A stretch of DNA of 34,814 bases from an uncultured virus (IMG/VR IMGVR_UViG_3300030524_000003). Lineage: Duplodnaviria; Heunggongvirae; Uroviricota; Caudoviricetes. Shown one piece after another: positions 17,112 to 25,457 of this stretch (positions within the stretch are counted from its first letter, which is position 1; every line of letters starts with the position of its first letter). The notes beneath the pieces were generated by a model. That model made no database searches and had not been told where the DNA came from. It worked only from the letters and a program-made list of their open reading frames with translations. Position numbers and translations under genes: made by a program. The DNA lies in the IMG/VR virus record IMGVR_UViG_3300030524_000003. One strand, given 5' to 3'.

Positions 17112-17168
17112 AACTTTTCAAGGGCATTCTTCTCTTGTTCGCCCTTGTGCGTCAAGTAAGTTATGTCC

Positions 17169-17371
17169 CAATTATCGCCATCGTCCACCTCAGCTTTCTT
17201 ATCGCAGTAGCAGCAACCGTATGGGAGTCTCCGGTAGTAGCAGGTGCAGTGCTGGCCGCTTGATCGCCAGCAAACGGTTAACTCCGGCTCGACCACAAGC
17301 TCGCGCCGCTCTACTTCGGTTTTTCGCGGGTTGGCTGGCGCAAACGGCCTCTTCCATCCAGGTACTAGCAT
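17169..17371 (-). pseudogene. Cys-rich phage gene interrupted by, or reading into, the IS1595 remnant
   Basis: ORF 16943..17371 has an RBS and a phage-like N-terminus, then runs out of frame over the passenger gene. Confidence 0.45.
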
Positions 17372-17374
17372 GCT

Positions 17375-17566
17375 TCACCTCATCCCATCAAAACGTTTGG
17401 CTATGTCGAAGGCCTGCGCAAGCGACTGGATGCTGCGGAAGACGTGGTCCGGGTCGCACGGTACTCCGTGAAACTCGAGGCTTGAGACGGGAATAATAAT
17501 GAACTCCCCACCCCTGGTTACTGACGTGGTGCCGTCATTAAACGGAACGAACGTGATCGACTTCAC
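17375..17566 (-). CDS. Hypothetical protein
   Basis: 63 aa; GTGA overlap with the upstream gene. Confidence 0.65.
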   Translation of the reverse strand: MKSITFVPFNDGTTSVTRGGEFIIIPVSSLEFHGVPCDPDHVFRSIQSLAQAFDIAKRFDGMR

Positions 17567-18525
17567 TTCTCCCTCGCTTTCAACATTTGATCGGCGTACT
17601 CATACGCGGTATCGCCAAGCGGAAACTTGTTCCTGCCCCACGCGGGGCCATCGCAACTTGCCAGCAAACCCGTCAGCGCAGCCATCGCGAACTGGTCGCG
17701 CAACTGGATCGCGGCCTGCTGTTCGCCAATTTTTTTACGACGCGAAGCATCATTGGCTAAACACCTTTCCACCTCACGTAGTCGCTGCTCTTCGTTCGAC
17801 ACGCAGCCGGTCTCAGGATTAGCAGCGCCAGTGCCCTGCTCGCCGAACTGGAGCGAAATTTCGATTCCCTCAGAAGTCATTGGCGTTTTCTCTTTCGACC
17901 CAAAAAAATAAGGAGCGGAGGTAGCCTTGCCGTCTTCCCACACCGCACGGGCAAGCTTATCGGAGTCGAGAGGCTGGTTGATGTTCATCGTGGCGGCGTG
18001 GTTGATATTGGTCGCAGGCGCAGGACCGGGGCAGTACGGACGAATCCCCATCCACGGCTCGCCGCAGACTTCGCATACCGTGGCGGGCCCGATGCCATCC
18101 GTACTCCACCGATGAAGAATTTTCGCCGCATCCTCCGCCTGAAACGGAACAGTGGCTCGCATCGCGTCCGCAAGCCGAATCCATTCCCCCGTCGGCGACG
18201 CCTCCATCCCTGCTTCGCCGACGTGCGGATTTAGATCGAACCGCGTAACACACGCTAACCGATCAAGGTCAAATGCCGCCGTTTTCGACCCCTGAAACGG
18301 AACGCAGTCCATCACGCCAACTATCCCGGTGAACCCAGCACCACAGTCGCCGCACAGCGTCCCAGCCCCCGGAGGATTTTTGAGCCAACGATGAACCTTA
18401 AACGGAACCGCCTTCTCCGGAGAGGCACCCCTCCCAATCTCCCCGATTTTTTTGAGGTCCTCATCCATGTTCGGCCACGGTCGACCATGAGCCGCCTTAT
18501 CCATCGCCTTCTTCCCCTCGTCCAT
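17563..18525 (-). CDS. Mosaic phage protein with two H-x-W...CxxC units and a conserved C-terminal module
   Basis: Start MDEGKK (RBS GGAGGTG). HRW..CGDCG and HRW..CEVCG repeats; LRDQFAMAALTGLLA...AYEYADQMLKAR is a widespread phage motif. Confidence 0.8.
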   Translation of the reverse strand: MDEGKKAMDKAAHGRPWPNMDEDLKKIGEIGRGASPEKAVPFKVHRWLKNPPGAGTLCGDCGAGFTGIVGVMDCVPFQGSKTAAFDLDRLACVTRFDLNPHVGEAGMEASPTGEWIRLADAMRATVPFQAEDAAKILHRWSTDGIGPATVCEVCGEPWMGIRPYCPGPAPATNINHAATMNINQPLDSDKLARAVWEDGKATSAPYFFGSKEKTPMTSEGIEISLQFGEQGTGAANPETGCVSNEEQRLREVERCLANDASRRKKIGEQQAAIQLRDQFAMAALTGLLASCDGPAWGRNKFPLGDTAYEYADQMLKAREK

Positions 18526-18576
18526 AACCCCACCTCCGAAATTTTTTTCCGCCACACCCTTCGCCCCACCACAATA

Positions 18577-18678
18577 CGCAACATTGCGAATCAAATCAAC
18601 CAAACTTTAGTAACCAAAATCATATTACTAATCCGCAAAATTGCGAATATCCCCACCACCTTAGTCCGCAAAATTGCG
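18577..18678. promoter_or_regulatory. Three palindromic operator-like sites CGCAA-NN-TTGCG
   Basis: Copies at 18577-18588, 18634-18645 and 18667-18678 in AT-rich DNA upstream of the leftward operon. Confidence 0.7.
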
Positions 18679-18748
18679 TAGCGGGGGAGCGAAGAAAAAC
18701 CCAAAACGTGGACGAAGAAGTAGTCGCCGAAGGCGACGCATGCGGCGA

Positions 18749-18882
18749 GGGGGTATCCCTTGGTTCGCGAGCCTTGGCGGGGGCTGGGAGGGTGGGCGTA
18801 GGGGTGGCGTACAGGCGGGGTAGGGGGAGGGAGTGGGTCAGGGGTGGGGGAGGGGGCGAGTTGTGGGCAGAGGGGAGGCGGG
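18749..18882 (+). repeat. G-rich tract (about 16 runs of >=3 G), G-quadruplex-prone, at a GC-skew switch
   Basis: Counted directly. Non-coding, and preceded by the hairpin GTCGCC-GAA-GGCGAC. Confidence 0.8.
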
Positions 18883-18924
18883 AGACGAGCGAGTTCACGC
18901 GATTGCGGTGGTGGGTCAGGGTCG

Positions 18925-19380
18925 TTAGATTGGTGCGCCTCGAACGTGCTTGACCTTCGGTGGATGGATGGCAAGGCGGCAGCCGTAGGTCTCGCCTGTG
19001 TCTTGATCGTACTCAGTGTAGGCGCATGGCTGCGAGTGGCTGATGGGTTCGGGTGCAGGTGCATCGGTGAAGCCGACGCAGATATCGCGCAAGGCTTCGA
19101 GGTCAGGCTTTGCCGGTGGCAGGATCTCGGGCTGTAGCTGCGTCGGTCTAGTAGTTGGCTGCTGAGCTGCAAGGATCTCAAGGACGATGGAGCGGACGCG
19201 CTGGTCGAAGTCGGGCGACTTCTCTCTGAGGAGTTCGCCTGTAGTCGCTGTCTTGTGCCAGCCAGCCCGACGACACGAGGCACACAGCCTCGGTCTACGG
19301 TTCGCATCCTTCACCAACCACCAATGTCCGCAGTCTTCAAGCTCACAGACCCACACGTTACATTCCTGTCGCCGCATCAT
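18925..19380 (-). CDS. Zn-finger protein, candidate regulator
   Basis: CELEDCGHWW...RPRLCASC motif and a second Cys/His cluster. Leaderless start after the extended -10 TGCTAATCT; two TTACAGAT repeats lie upstream. Confidence 0.75.
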   Translation of the reverse strand: MMRRQECNVWVCELEDCGHWWLVKDANRRPRLCASCRRAGWHKTATTGELLREKSPDFDQRVRSIVLEILAAQQPTTRPTQLQPEILPPAKPDLEALRDICVGFTDAPAPEPISHSQPCAYTEYDQDTGETYGCRLAIHPPKVKHVRGAPI

Positions 19381-19549
19381 GTGTTACAGATTAGCACTAG
19401 CTGTATATAGAGCGCATTACAGATGAGCACCAAAGGTAACGCGCCGGCCGGTTACCAAAGACTCTTGGAATGTGACCAACGTGGGATATGCAAGCCGCCT
19501 AGAAGGTGAGAATCTACCTGTGTTGGCAACGCCAACCAAGGTGAACACA

Positions 19550-19759
19550 ATGAAACGACTCGGAAACAACCCAATCTCCTACAGTTCACAGGCTTTCTAC
19601 TCGTGGCGCGACGTCGAGGCCGCATGCTATGGCGTGTTCTCAGTGGAACGCGTTGTGGAGTATGGCGTTACGTGGCTGGTGCTGGTGGGTTTTGGAGAGG
19701 TGGTGGTGGCTCGGACGGCGGCTAACGCGATGCAAGTATTGGCAAATGGCGTGAATTAG
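19550..19759 (+). CDS. Hypothetical protein, first gene of the rightward arm
   Basis: RBS AAGGTG before MKRLG. Confidence 0.6.
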   Translation: MKRLGNNPISYSSQAFYSWRDVEAACYGVFSVERVVEYGVTWLVLVGFGEVVVARTAANAMQVLANGVN

Positions 19760-19831
19760 GTTGCGCGTTCCATTTATGGGATGTGTGTGGAAGTGGTGTA
19801 GGTGGAGTATAGGAAAGCGAGGGTAAGGGTG

Positions 19832-20566
19832 ATGGGATTAGCGATTAGCTTGAGTCATAACGAGGCGGCGAAGGTGTTAGGGGCGCTGCAGCAGGCGCGG
19901 ATTAGCCACAATGAAGCGGTAGAGCGGTATGTGGAGGGTGGCGAGGCTGGACGTGCGGGATTTGAGGCGATGCTGGTGGTAAGGAACGAGAGGGCGCAGT
20001 GCATTGTGTTGGGGCTGAGTCGAAGCTGGGAGGAGGCGTACGGAGAGGGGCCTCAAAAATCAGCGGCGGAAGAGGGATTGCTGCCGTGTGGTATCTGTGG
20101 CCGGGGAAGCCGCGAAGCTGGGAGAATCACCTGTAAAGGCTGTACGACGGAGAGGGATAGAGAAGAGGAAGGGTTGAAGGCTGCTACCGTTTCAGGGCGC
20201 GAATTTAGCGCGAAGGAGCGGTTAGCTATCGGCAATAGGCCCGAAGTGGGTACAGATGACGACGCAGAGGACGAGGACGAAGGCGCCGTTTCAGGGCGCG
20301 AAAACGCCGCTGTGGGATCGTCCATTGTTTACGAAGGTGGCATGGTGACAGGCTTCATCAAGAGCCTTACAGCCGACGCGGTCGAGGTAGTTGTAAGCCA
20401 GCAGCCACATAAGCAACGGGTGCAGACGTTTACCTTTGACTGCTATCGGCTGGTAGACCGAGGTGGGTATTTTGCCCTGTACCAACGTCCAGACCGAGCC
20501 GACGCGATGAGAGACGAGCTGCGACGAGAGCCGGGGCTGGAAGGTGTAAAGGCTGACCACGACTAA
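19832..20566 (+). CDS. Hypothetical protein with CxxC..CxxC motif
   Basis: Long ORF containing CGIC/CKGC and an internal 17-nt direct repeat at 20187 and 20286. Confidence 0.75.
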   Translation: MGLAISLSHNEAAKVLGALQQARISHNEAVERYVEGGEAGRAGFEAMLVVRNERAQCIVLGLSRSWEEAYGEGPQKSAAEEGLLPCGICGRGSREAGRITCKGCTTERDREEEGLKAATVSGREFSAKERLAIGNRPEVGTDDDAEDEDEGAVSGRENAAVGSSIVYEGGMVTGFIKSLTADAVEVVVSQQPHKQRVQTFTFDCYRLVDRGGYFALYQRPDRADAMRDELRREPGLEGVKADHD

Positions 20567-20598
20567 GGCACCGTTTTGGGGCTGAGATTCTAGGCATA

Positions 20599-20612
20599 GC
20601 ATGCAAGCATCA
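20599..20612. promoter_or_regulatory. Operator-like site GCATGC-AA-GCATC
   Basis: Same 11-mer core as at 11832, 20843 and 26547; abuts RBS AAGGAGG. Confidence 0.65.
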
Positions 20613-20623
20613 AGGAGGCAACT

Positions 20624-20833
20624 ATGGGTTACAACGATCTAAGTGAATGCACCCTAACACCCGACGAGAGAGTAGATGAGGCGGTTCGTATCGGGAGGAT
20701 TTTATTCAAAGAGCACGCTAGGGACATGATGACTGAGGCTGAGCAAAAGTTCACCGACCGGATGTTTGAGTGCTCCTATTGCTCGGTCAAACAGTTGTTC
20801 TGGCTGCGTGACATCAAGGACAAGTACATCTAA
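20624..20833 (+). CDS. Hypothetical phage protein
   Basis: 69 aa, RBS AAGGAGG. Confidence 0.8.
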   Translation: MGYNDLSECTLTPDERVDEAVRIGRILFKEHARDMMTEAEQKFTDRMFECSYCSVKQLFWLRDIKDKYI

Positions 20834-20841
20834 GGCACCGA

Positions 20842-20855
20842 GCATGCAAGCATCC
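20842..20855. promoter_or_regulatory. Operator-like site GCATGC-AA-GCATC
   Basis: Intergenic copy of the repeated motif. Confidence 0.65.
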
Positions 20856-20885
20856 ACGCACCACCAACCGAAAGGAATACCCATC

Positions 20886-20978
20886 ATGACCCTGCTATTC
20901 ATCGCACCAGCAGCCGCCCTAGTCGTCGCCTTGGCCCTTGGCCTTCGTGATTACTTCGGCTCGAAAGGGAATGTATGA
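20886..20978 (+). CDS. 30-aa single-TM peptide
   Basis: RBS AAAGGA, hydrophobic core, ATGA overlap with the next gene. Confidence 0.55.
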   Translation: MTLLFIAPAAALVVALALGLRDYFGSKGNV

Positions 20979-21511
20979 ACAACCAGACCACAGCCAAGGA
21001 ATACGCCGACCAAGTAGCGAAACAATGGGACGAGCGCAACCCATTTCAGGGTCATACCAGCATGACAGCGCGAGAACTCACGCACTACCTTGAAACCGCC
21101 TTCATCGCAGGAGTGAACCACGCCGCCGCCCGTTTCATGGAAGACAAAGCCGCCGGGGTGGTTCTAGCGATCAAAGAACAATCAGGCCGCCCAACTCCAT
21201 TCACTTTTGACCAAGAAATTACCCTTGAGAAGCATTTCAGCAACAAGCCGCCGCTGTTTGCCGCAGGCGAAGCCGAACAACAGCGCCTCTTCGCCGTGCT
21301 GGATCAGGTAGCCGTCGAAGCTTGCGCAGGGGTCAACGAAGTCGCTCAGTTTCTACAGGGAACCTTCAAGCTTCACATCTTCCGCTCGGGCCAGTGGCAG
21401 ATTCTAGGCCGAGAATGCCAAGGGGAGCCGTTCGTCTCCTACACCATTCCACCGTTTCAGCAGTCAGAAGCCGAACTCGCCGCCGCTCTACGCGCTGCAT
21501 TCTCGGCGTAG
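20975..21511 (+). CDS. Hypothetical protein
   Basis: 178-aa ORF within the operon. Confidence 0.75.
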   Translation: MNNQTTAKEYADQVAKQWDERNPFQGHTSMTARELTHYLETAFIAGVNHAAARFMEDKAAGVVLAIKEQSGRPTPFTFDQEITLEKHFSNKPPLFAAGEAEQQRLFAVLDQVAVEACAGVNEVAQFLQGTFKLHIFRSGQWQILGRECQGEPFVSYTIPPFQQSEAELAAALRAAFSA

Positions 21512-21553
21512 AATTTCACCCGTCGCAAAGTTCGACCAACGAAAGGGGACACC

Positions 21554-21961
21554 ATGCCAGACATGACACCACGCGACTTTATCAAGGTCGCCGCAATTCT
21601 CGCTCAACGATCCAAGGGGGCAATCGTGCCCGTTACCCGCGCCGAGTTCATTGGCCAGTGGGAGAAACAGATCCAGAACACAGCCGCCGCCGTATGGGAC
21701 GAAGTGAAGAAGGAGAGCCACACGCCAGCCAGCGCAGCCGTCGCCGCCATGCAAAACGAACTCGTGAGGATCGGCGCCAGGCACACCGGACGAATCGACC
21801 GCACCGAGTTTGAAAGCTTCCACCATTACACGCTCAGAGGCTACCCGGTTCTACTCCGCGCCTTCCATGCAGGCACCTTCGAGGTTTACACCACCGTCGA
21901 AGGCGACCACGCAGGGGACGCCATAGGAACCGCCGCGGCGCTGGACGAGATAACCCAATGA
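21554..21961 (+). CDS. Hypothetical protein
   Basis: 135 aa, RBS AAAGGGG. Confidence 0.78.
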   Translation: MPDMTPRDFIKVAAILAQRSKGAIVPVTRAEFIGQWEKQIQNTAAAVWDEVKKESHTPASAAVAAMQNELVRIGARHTGRIDRTEFESFHHYTLRGYPVLLRAFHAGTFEVYTTVEGDHAGDAIGTAAALDEITQ

Positions 21962-22086
21962 ACTACGCCGGGTTAGCCTTCATCGCCTTCATCATCTTCG
22001 CGCCGATCGTGATAGCCCTGCTAACGGACAAAACAATAGCGAAACATGACCGCAAGGTTACTAAAGAGACTCTAGACAGGCACTAA
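21958..22086 (+). CDS. 42-aa single-TM peptide (MNYAGLAFIAFIIFAPIVIALL...)
   Basis: Translated by hand; ATGA overlap with the previous gene. Confidence 0.55.
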   Translation: MNYAGLAFIAFIIFAPIVIALLTDKTIAKHDRKVTKETLDRH

Positions 22087-22136
22087 AACGAAGCGCATCA
22101 TCAACCAACCATCCACGCTTCAAAGGAGCGCAAGAC

Positions 22137-23126
22137 ATGCGAAACGTAGTTACAACCGACGAAATATCCCATTTATGGGCACACCAAACACAAGAATCCG
22201 CTCGCGCCACTTCTGCCATGAGCTTTCATGGGCCAAACTTCAAAAGCTACAACGAAGTTATCGCCGGTATTGCCATCAACCGCACGGGCCAGAAAGCCTT
22301 TCTGGTCACCGCCCACACCTTTAGCGTAACCACCTCGCGCCACCTAAGCAACGTTCGTGAGTCGATCCCCTACGGTGCAAAGGTTTTCTTTGTCGATAAG
22401 CCAGAGGTTTCAACCCGTGAATATGTCCCCGTCCCAGACGGTAAAAAGTATGACGCAAAAAAACACGGATGGATGGACAAGAAAGACGGCCACACTGCAA
22501 ACCACGCCGAGAATCTTGACTATTGGCGTAGGCGCATCACCCGCCTACTGGTTGAAGCTGGAGAAGCCCGCCGAGAGGTAAAGCGAACTCGCCTCATGGG
22601 TGAAGCCGCCGCCGACCTCGCAACCATGCATGAGTATGTTGATTTTTTTGGCGTCAAAGGTGTGAAGTACCCCGTTGTAGCATCCACGCCCGAGGAACTT
22701 TCCGAGTTCATTGCAAAGAAAACGAAGGCAGACGCAGCCGAAGTGAAGAAGGCGGAGAAGGCAAGACTCGCAGCGGAGGAGGAGCGTCGTTCGCGATACG
22801 CTGACAGGTTCGCCGCATGGCTTGCAGGTGAAGACGTATCCACCCACGGATGGTCTGACGCTTTCGCTACAGCTCTGCGAATCGCCGAGGACGAGGTGCA
22901 AACCTCACGGGGCGCATCGTTCCCGCTCAAGGATGCTAAACGCGGTCTGGTTCTGGTTGATGCCGTTGTTGCATCCGGCGAACCGTGGCAGAAAAACGGC
23001 GTACGTTGCCGCCTCGGTCACTTCGAGATTGACCACATAGACAAGGACGGCACAGTGTATGCAGGTTGTCACGTTGTACCGTTCGAGTCTATCGCCCGAA
23101 TCCGCGAAGCTGTCATAAGCGCATAG
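22137..23126 (+). CDS. Conserved phage early protein of unknown function
   Basis: 329 aa, RBS AAAGGAG. HLWAHQTQ..SY..IA..FSVTTSRH and VQTSRGASFP..AGCH motifs are familiar from phage proteins. Confidence 0.85.
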   Translation: MRNVVTTDEISHLWAHQTQESARATSAMSFHGPNFKSYNEVIAGIAINRTGQKAFLVTAHTFSVTTSRHLSNVRESIPYGAKVFFVDKPEVSTREYVPVPDGKKYDAKKHGWMDKKDGHTANHAENLDYWRRRITRLLVEAGEARREVKRTRLMGEAAADLATMHEYVDFFGVKGVKYPVVASTPEELSEFIAKKTKADAAEVKKAEKARLAAEEERRSRYADRFAAWLAGEDVSTHGWSDAFATALRIAEDEVQTSRGASFPLKDAKRGLVLVDAVVASGEPWQKNGVRCRLGHFEIDHIDKDGTVYAGCHVVPFESIARIREAVISA

Positions 23127-23187
23127 CCCCAACCTCGCGGACTCCAGACGGCACCTTAAGCGTCGATCTCCGCAAGAAAAGGACACC

Positions 23188-23685
23188 ATGAACCCGTCAA
23201 AGCTCATTCTCTTCGCCGCTCTTACCGCATCCGCAGCCGCCCAGGATGTGAAACTTCAGCCCGTCAACTTCACCACCGAAGTCTCTACGTCTCTCCCAGA
23301 CGCGCCGGAACCGTCTGAGGCATACTCTAGCGCCCTGATTCAGCCAGCGAAGGCGCCAGCCGCCCGCCAGACGCGATTTTTTACCCCTGTAATGCTCAGC
23401 TTGATCGGTGCTGACGGTCTGGTGCGCACCGTCGACGCCTTCAGCACCCGCGCCAACCTAACCAACCCCTGCCACTGCTACAAAGAAGAGAACGTTCCCA
23501 GCCTGATGAAGACCAACACCAGCGCGTTTCTCTACTCAGAAGGGGTGGTTGCACTTTACACAGGCACCGCGTACCTGCTCCACCGCATGCACCACGACCA
23601 GTTAGCAAAGTTGCCACTCGCTTTCGATATCGCTTACGACGGAAAAGACGCTTTCCACAACATCCAGATCGCAGGCCGAAAATGA
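23188..23685 (+). CDS. Secreted/membrane protein with signal peptide
   Basis: MNPSKLILFAALTASAAAQ signal peptide, LPDAPEP linker and hydrophobic helices. Confidence 0.8.
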   Translation: MNPSKLILFAALTASAAAQDVKLQPVNFTTEVSTSLPDAPEPSEAYSSALIQPAKAPAARQTRFFTPVMLSLIGADGLVRTVDAFSTRANLTNPCHCYKEENVPSLMKTNTSAFLYSEGVVALYTGTAYLLHRMHHDQLAKLPLAFDIAYDGKDAFHNIQIAGRK

Positions 23686-23906
23686 TGTACCCACGCCATA
23701 CCCCGCACGCATTCGAGCAACGCCATCACTGGACCGGACGTTGTGTTGTGCCCGGTTGCGGTCTGCCAACGGAGCACCGGGTCCACCAGCCGGATCTACC
23801 AATCGAATACACCGCGCCCGATCCCGACGCCTTCACCCTCGAACTGGTAGACGCCGAGCCGGAAGAAGTCAAACCTGTTTACGTACCGCAGTACTCACTT
23901 TTCTAG
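23682..23906 (+). CDS. Small His/Cys protein
   Basis: ATGA overlap; H..CxxxxC..HxxH motif. Confidence 0.65.
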   Translation: MMYPRHTPHAFEQRHHWTGRCVVPGCGLPTEHRVHQPDLPIEYTAPDPDAFTLELVDAEPEEVKPVYVPQYSLF

Positions 23907-23925
23907 GCATAAAAAGGAACCCGTC

Positions 23926-24162
23926 ATGTACTCGTTTCTAGTCGCACACTTTAACCGCTCATCGAAAAACCGGGTTATGCACCTTGGAGACCCCGCAGCC
24001 CCGCCAACCGTTCGCCGCAGCGAGACCAGCCGGCAACGCCGCGCCAAGTCCAGGAGCACCGGCCGACGCGCACAACGCAGCCTGAAGCAGCAGCCAGCCG
24101 TCCTGCTCGACCTGCCCACCGTCTACAACCCACCCGCCAGCCGCTACGCCGATTGGATCTGA
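23926..24162 (+). CDS. Small basic hypothetical protein
   Basis: RBS AAAGGA. Confidence 0.6.
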   Translation: MYSFLVAHFNRSSKNRVMHLGDPAAPPTVRRSETSRQRRAKSRSTGRRAQRSLKQQPAVLLDLPTVYNPPASRYADWI

Positions 24163-24163
24163 C

Positions 24164-24391
24164 ATGGCCACTATCACAACAACCACCTGCGACAACTGCA
24201 CTAAGGTGTTCCCCGTCGATGCTCCCGCTATCGGCTGGATGCGCTTTGTCAGAATGCCCGACCGAATCATTTTCCTACGCATGGAATTCAAACCGCGGGC
24301 CGAAAACTTCCAGACCGGGCATTTATGCAGTTCAACCTGCGCGAAGGAACAGCTCGGCCTAGCATCCTCAGAATGGAGCGTGACGCCATGA
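24164..24391 (+). CDS. Small Zn-finger-like protein
   Basis: CDNC...GW...HLCSSTC motif. Confidence 0.7.
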   Translation: MATITTTTCDNCTKVFPVDAPAIGWMRFVRMPDRIIFLRMEFKPRAENFQTGHLCSSTCAKEQLGLASSEWSVTP

Positions 24392-24558
24392 CCTGCCAGA
24401 CGTGCCTTGGCCGAGGCTGGCTAAGGCGAGAAGTTCCCTGCTCTCTCTATGATTGCAAAACCGCAGTCATCACCGCAAAATGTCCCACATGCCGCGGTCG
24501 CAAGACCGTATCGGAGGTGCCAAGTGCCAATCCCGCAAGCTCTAACGAAGTTCTTTGA
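24388..24558 (+). CDS. Small DnaJ-type Zn-finger-like protein
   Basis: CQTCLGRG...CPTCRGR repeats; ATGA overlap. Confidence 0.6.
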   Translation: MTCQTCLGRGWLRREVPCSLYDCKTAVITAKCPTCRGRKTVSEVPSANPASSNEVL

Positions 24559-24562
24559 AACT

Positions 24563-24742
24563 ATGCAGGCCCCGCGCCTCGGGGAGATAAAGGCGTTAGA
24601 CCTGTTGATAAATTTCGATGGAAATTTGTCTGTAGCCATGGACTACGCCCACGCCCACCGCATCGCACTCGAACCCGCTGATTGGGATGCGGCGCTGGAC
24701 TATGCGCGGCGCTATGGATCGGAGGCGCGCTCCAATGGCTAG
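24563..24742 (+). CDS. Hypothetical protein
   Basis: Fills the operon; start codon uncertain. Confidence 0.55.
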   Translation: MQAPRLGEIKALDLLINFDGNLSVAMDYAHAHRIALEPADWDAALDYARRYGSEARSNG

Positions 24743-24920
24743 CAACTATCCACCCGGAATGGACTCACTACCGGAGCGACCCTGGGACGACCCCGAAGAA
24801 GACGCGGACGACCCAGACCGCGTTATAACCTCAGCCTGCCTCAACGATGTTCACGAGGAATGCCCCGACATTGACGCCAACTGCTGCGAGTGCTCCTGCC
24901 ATTGGAGGGGTCATGTCTAA
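24735..24920 (+). CDS. Small acidic Cys-rich protein
   Basis: RBS GGAGG; SNYPPG...C..H..C...CECSCH motif. Confidence 0.7.
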   Translation: MASNYPPGMDSLPERPWDDPEEDADDPDRVITSACLNDVHEECPDIDANCCECSCHWRGHV

Positions 24921-25029
24921 GACCTACCGCCAACAGGGTCGCTGGATGACTCTGCGGCTCCTGCTTGGGCCAGTGCTTCTCGTGCTGGCCCTCGCACTCA
25001 TCGCATTATTCACCCACGGAGGAAAATGA
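24913..25029 (+). CDS. 38-aa single-TM peptide
   Basis: RBS GGAGGGG; hydrophobic helix. Confidence 0.55.
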   Translation: MSKTYRQQGRWMTLRLLLGPVLLVLALALIALFTHGGK

Positions 25030-25220
25030 GCTACTTCGAGGAACAAGAAGACGCATGGATGGAAAACGACTGTAAAGGCTCGCCCGAGGATTACGACCCT
25101 TTCGACGCCGACTCTTGGCCGACAAAGGTAACTGCAGCCCCGAAGCTCACCAGGTCGCAGAAGCGCAACGCGCAGCGCCGTCGCGCCAAGAAAGCCGCCA
25201 ATGCCAAAGCAGCCATGTAA
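25026..25220 (+). CDS. Hypothetical protein (acidic N-terminus, basic C-terminus)
   Basis: RBS GGAGG; ATGA overlap. Confidence 0.7.
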   Translation: MSYFEEQEDAWMENDCKGSPEDYDPFDADSWPTKVTAAPKLTRSQKRNAQRRRAKKAANAKAAM

Positions 25221-25452
25221 GTTCTGCCTACGACCGATCGACACCCGGGGGATGCTCAGCCATCTCCACTTCAAGCACTGCGGTTACGTTAGCCGCGCAT
25301 TCGCCCTAAGTCCGATTGTGTGGGTCTACCTTTGGGTTCACGAAGGCTTTACGCCGCCCAACCTCTCGACTCGAGCGCTACCGGCCAGCGTGCCGGATCG
25401 ACCAATTCAACCCATGCTTGCCCCTGTCTCGAAGATGCCGAGGTGGATATGA
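25201..25452 (+). CDS. C2H2 Zn-finger-like protein
   Basis: CKFC...MLSHLHFKH motif. Confidence 0.6.
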   Translation: MPKQPCKFCLRPIDTRGMLSHLHFKHCGYVSRAFALSPIVWVYLWVHEGFTPPNLSTRALPASVPDRPIQPMLAPVSKMPRWI

Positions 25453-25457
25453 GCGAT

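Larger units (their letters stand above)
15532..17168 (+). mobile_element. Left-truncated IS1595-family element remnant with passenger genes
   Basis: C-terminal transposase fragment, a convergent small ORF, a lower-GC passenger gene and a candidate right terminal repeat GTCAAGTAAGTTATGTCC (17151-17168). Boundaries are approximate. Confidence 0.6.

Noticed and set aside
18591..19307. 238-aa Pro/Ser-rich minus ORF and other ORFs across the G-tract
   Set aside because: Low-complexity translation of the G/C tract, overlapping the better-supported Zn-finger gene.
20187..20302. 17-nt direct repeat CCGTTTCAGGGCGCGAA as att site or iteron
   Set aside because: Only two copies, 99 nt apart and in frame within a CDS (VSGRE twice); probably an intragenic duplication.
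20834..20847. Sigma54 promoter (GG-N10-GC in GGCACCGAGCATGC)
   Set aside because: Only one of the GGCAC sites has the right spacing and it lacks the TTGC -12 element; it is better explained by the repeated operator unit.
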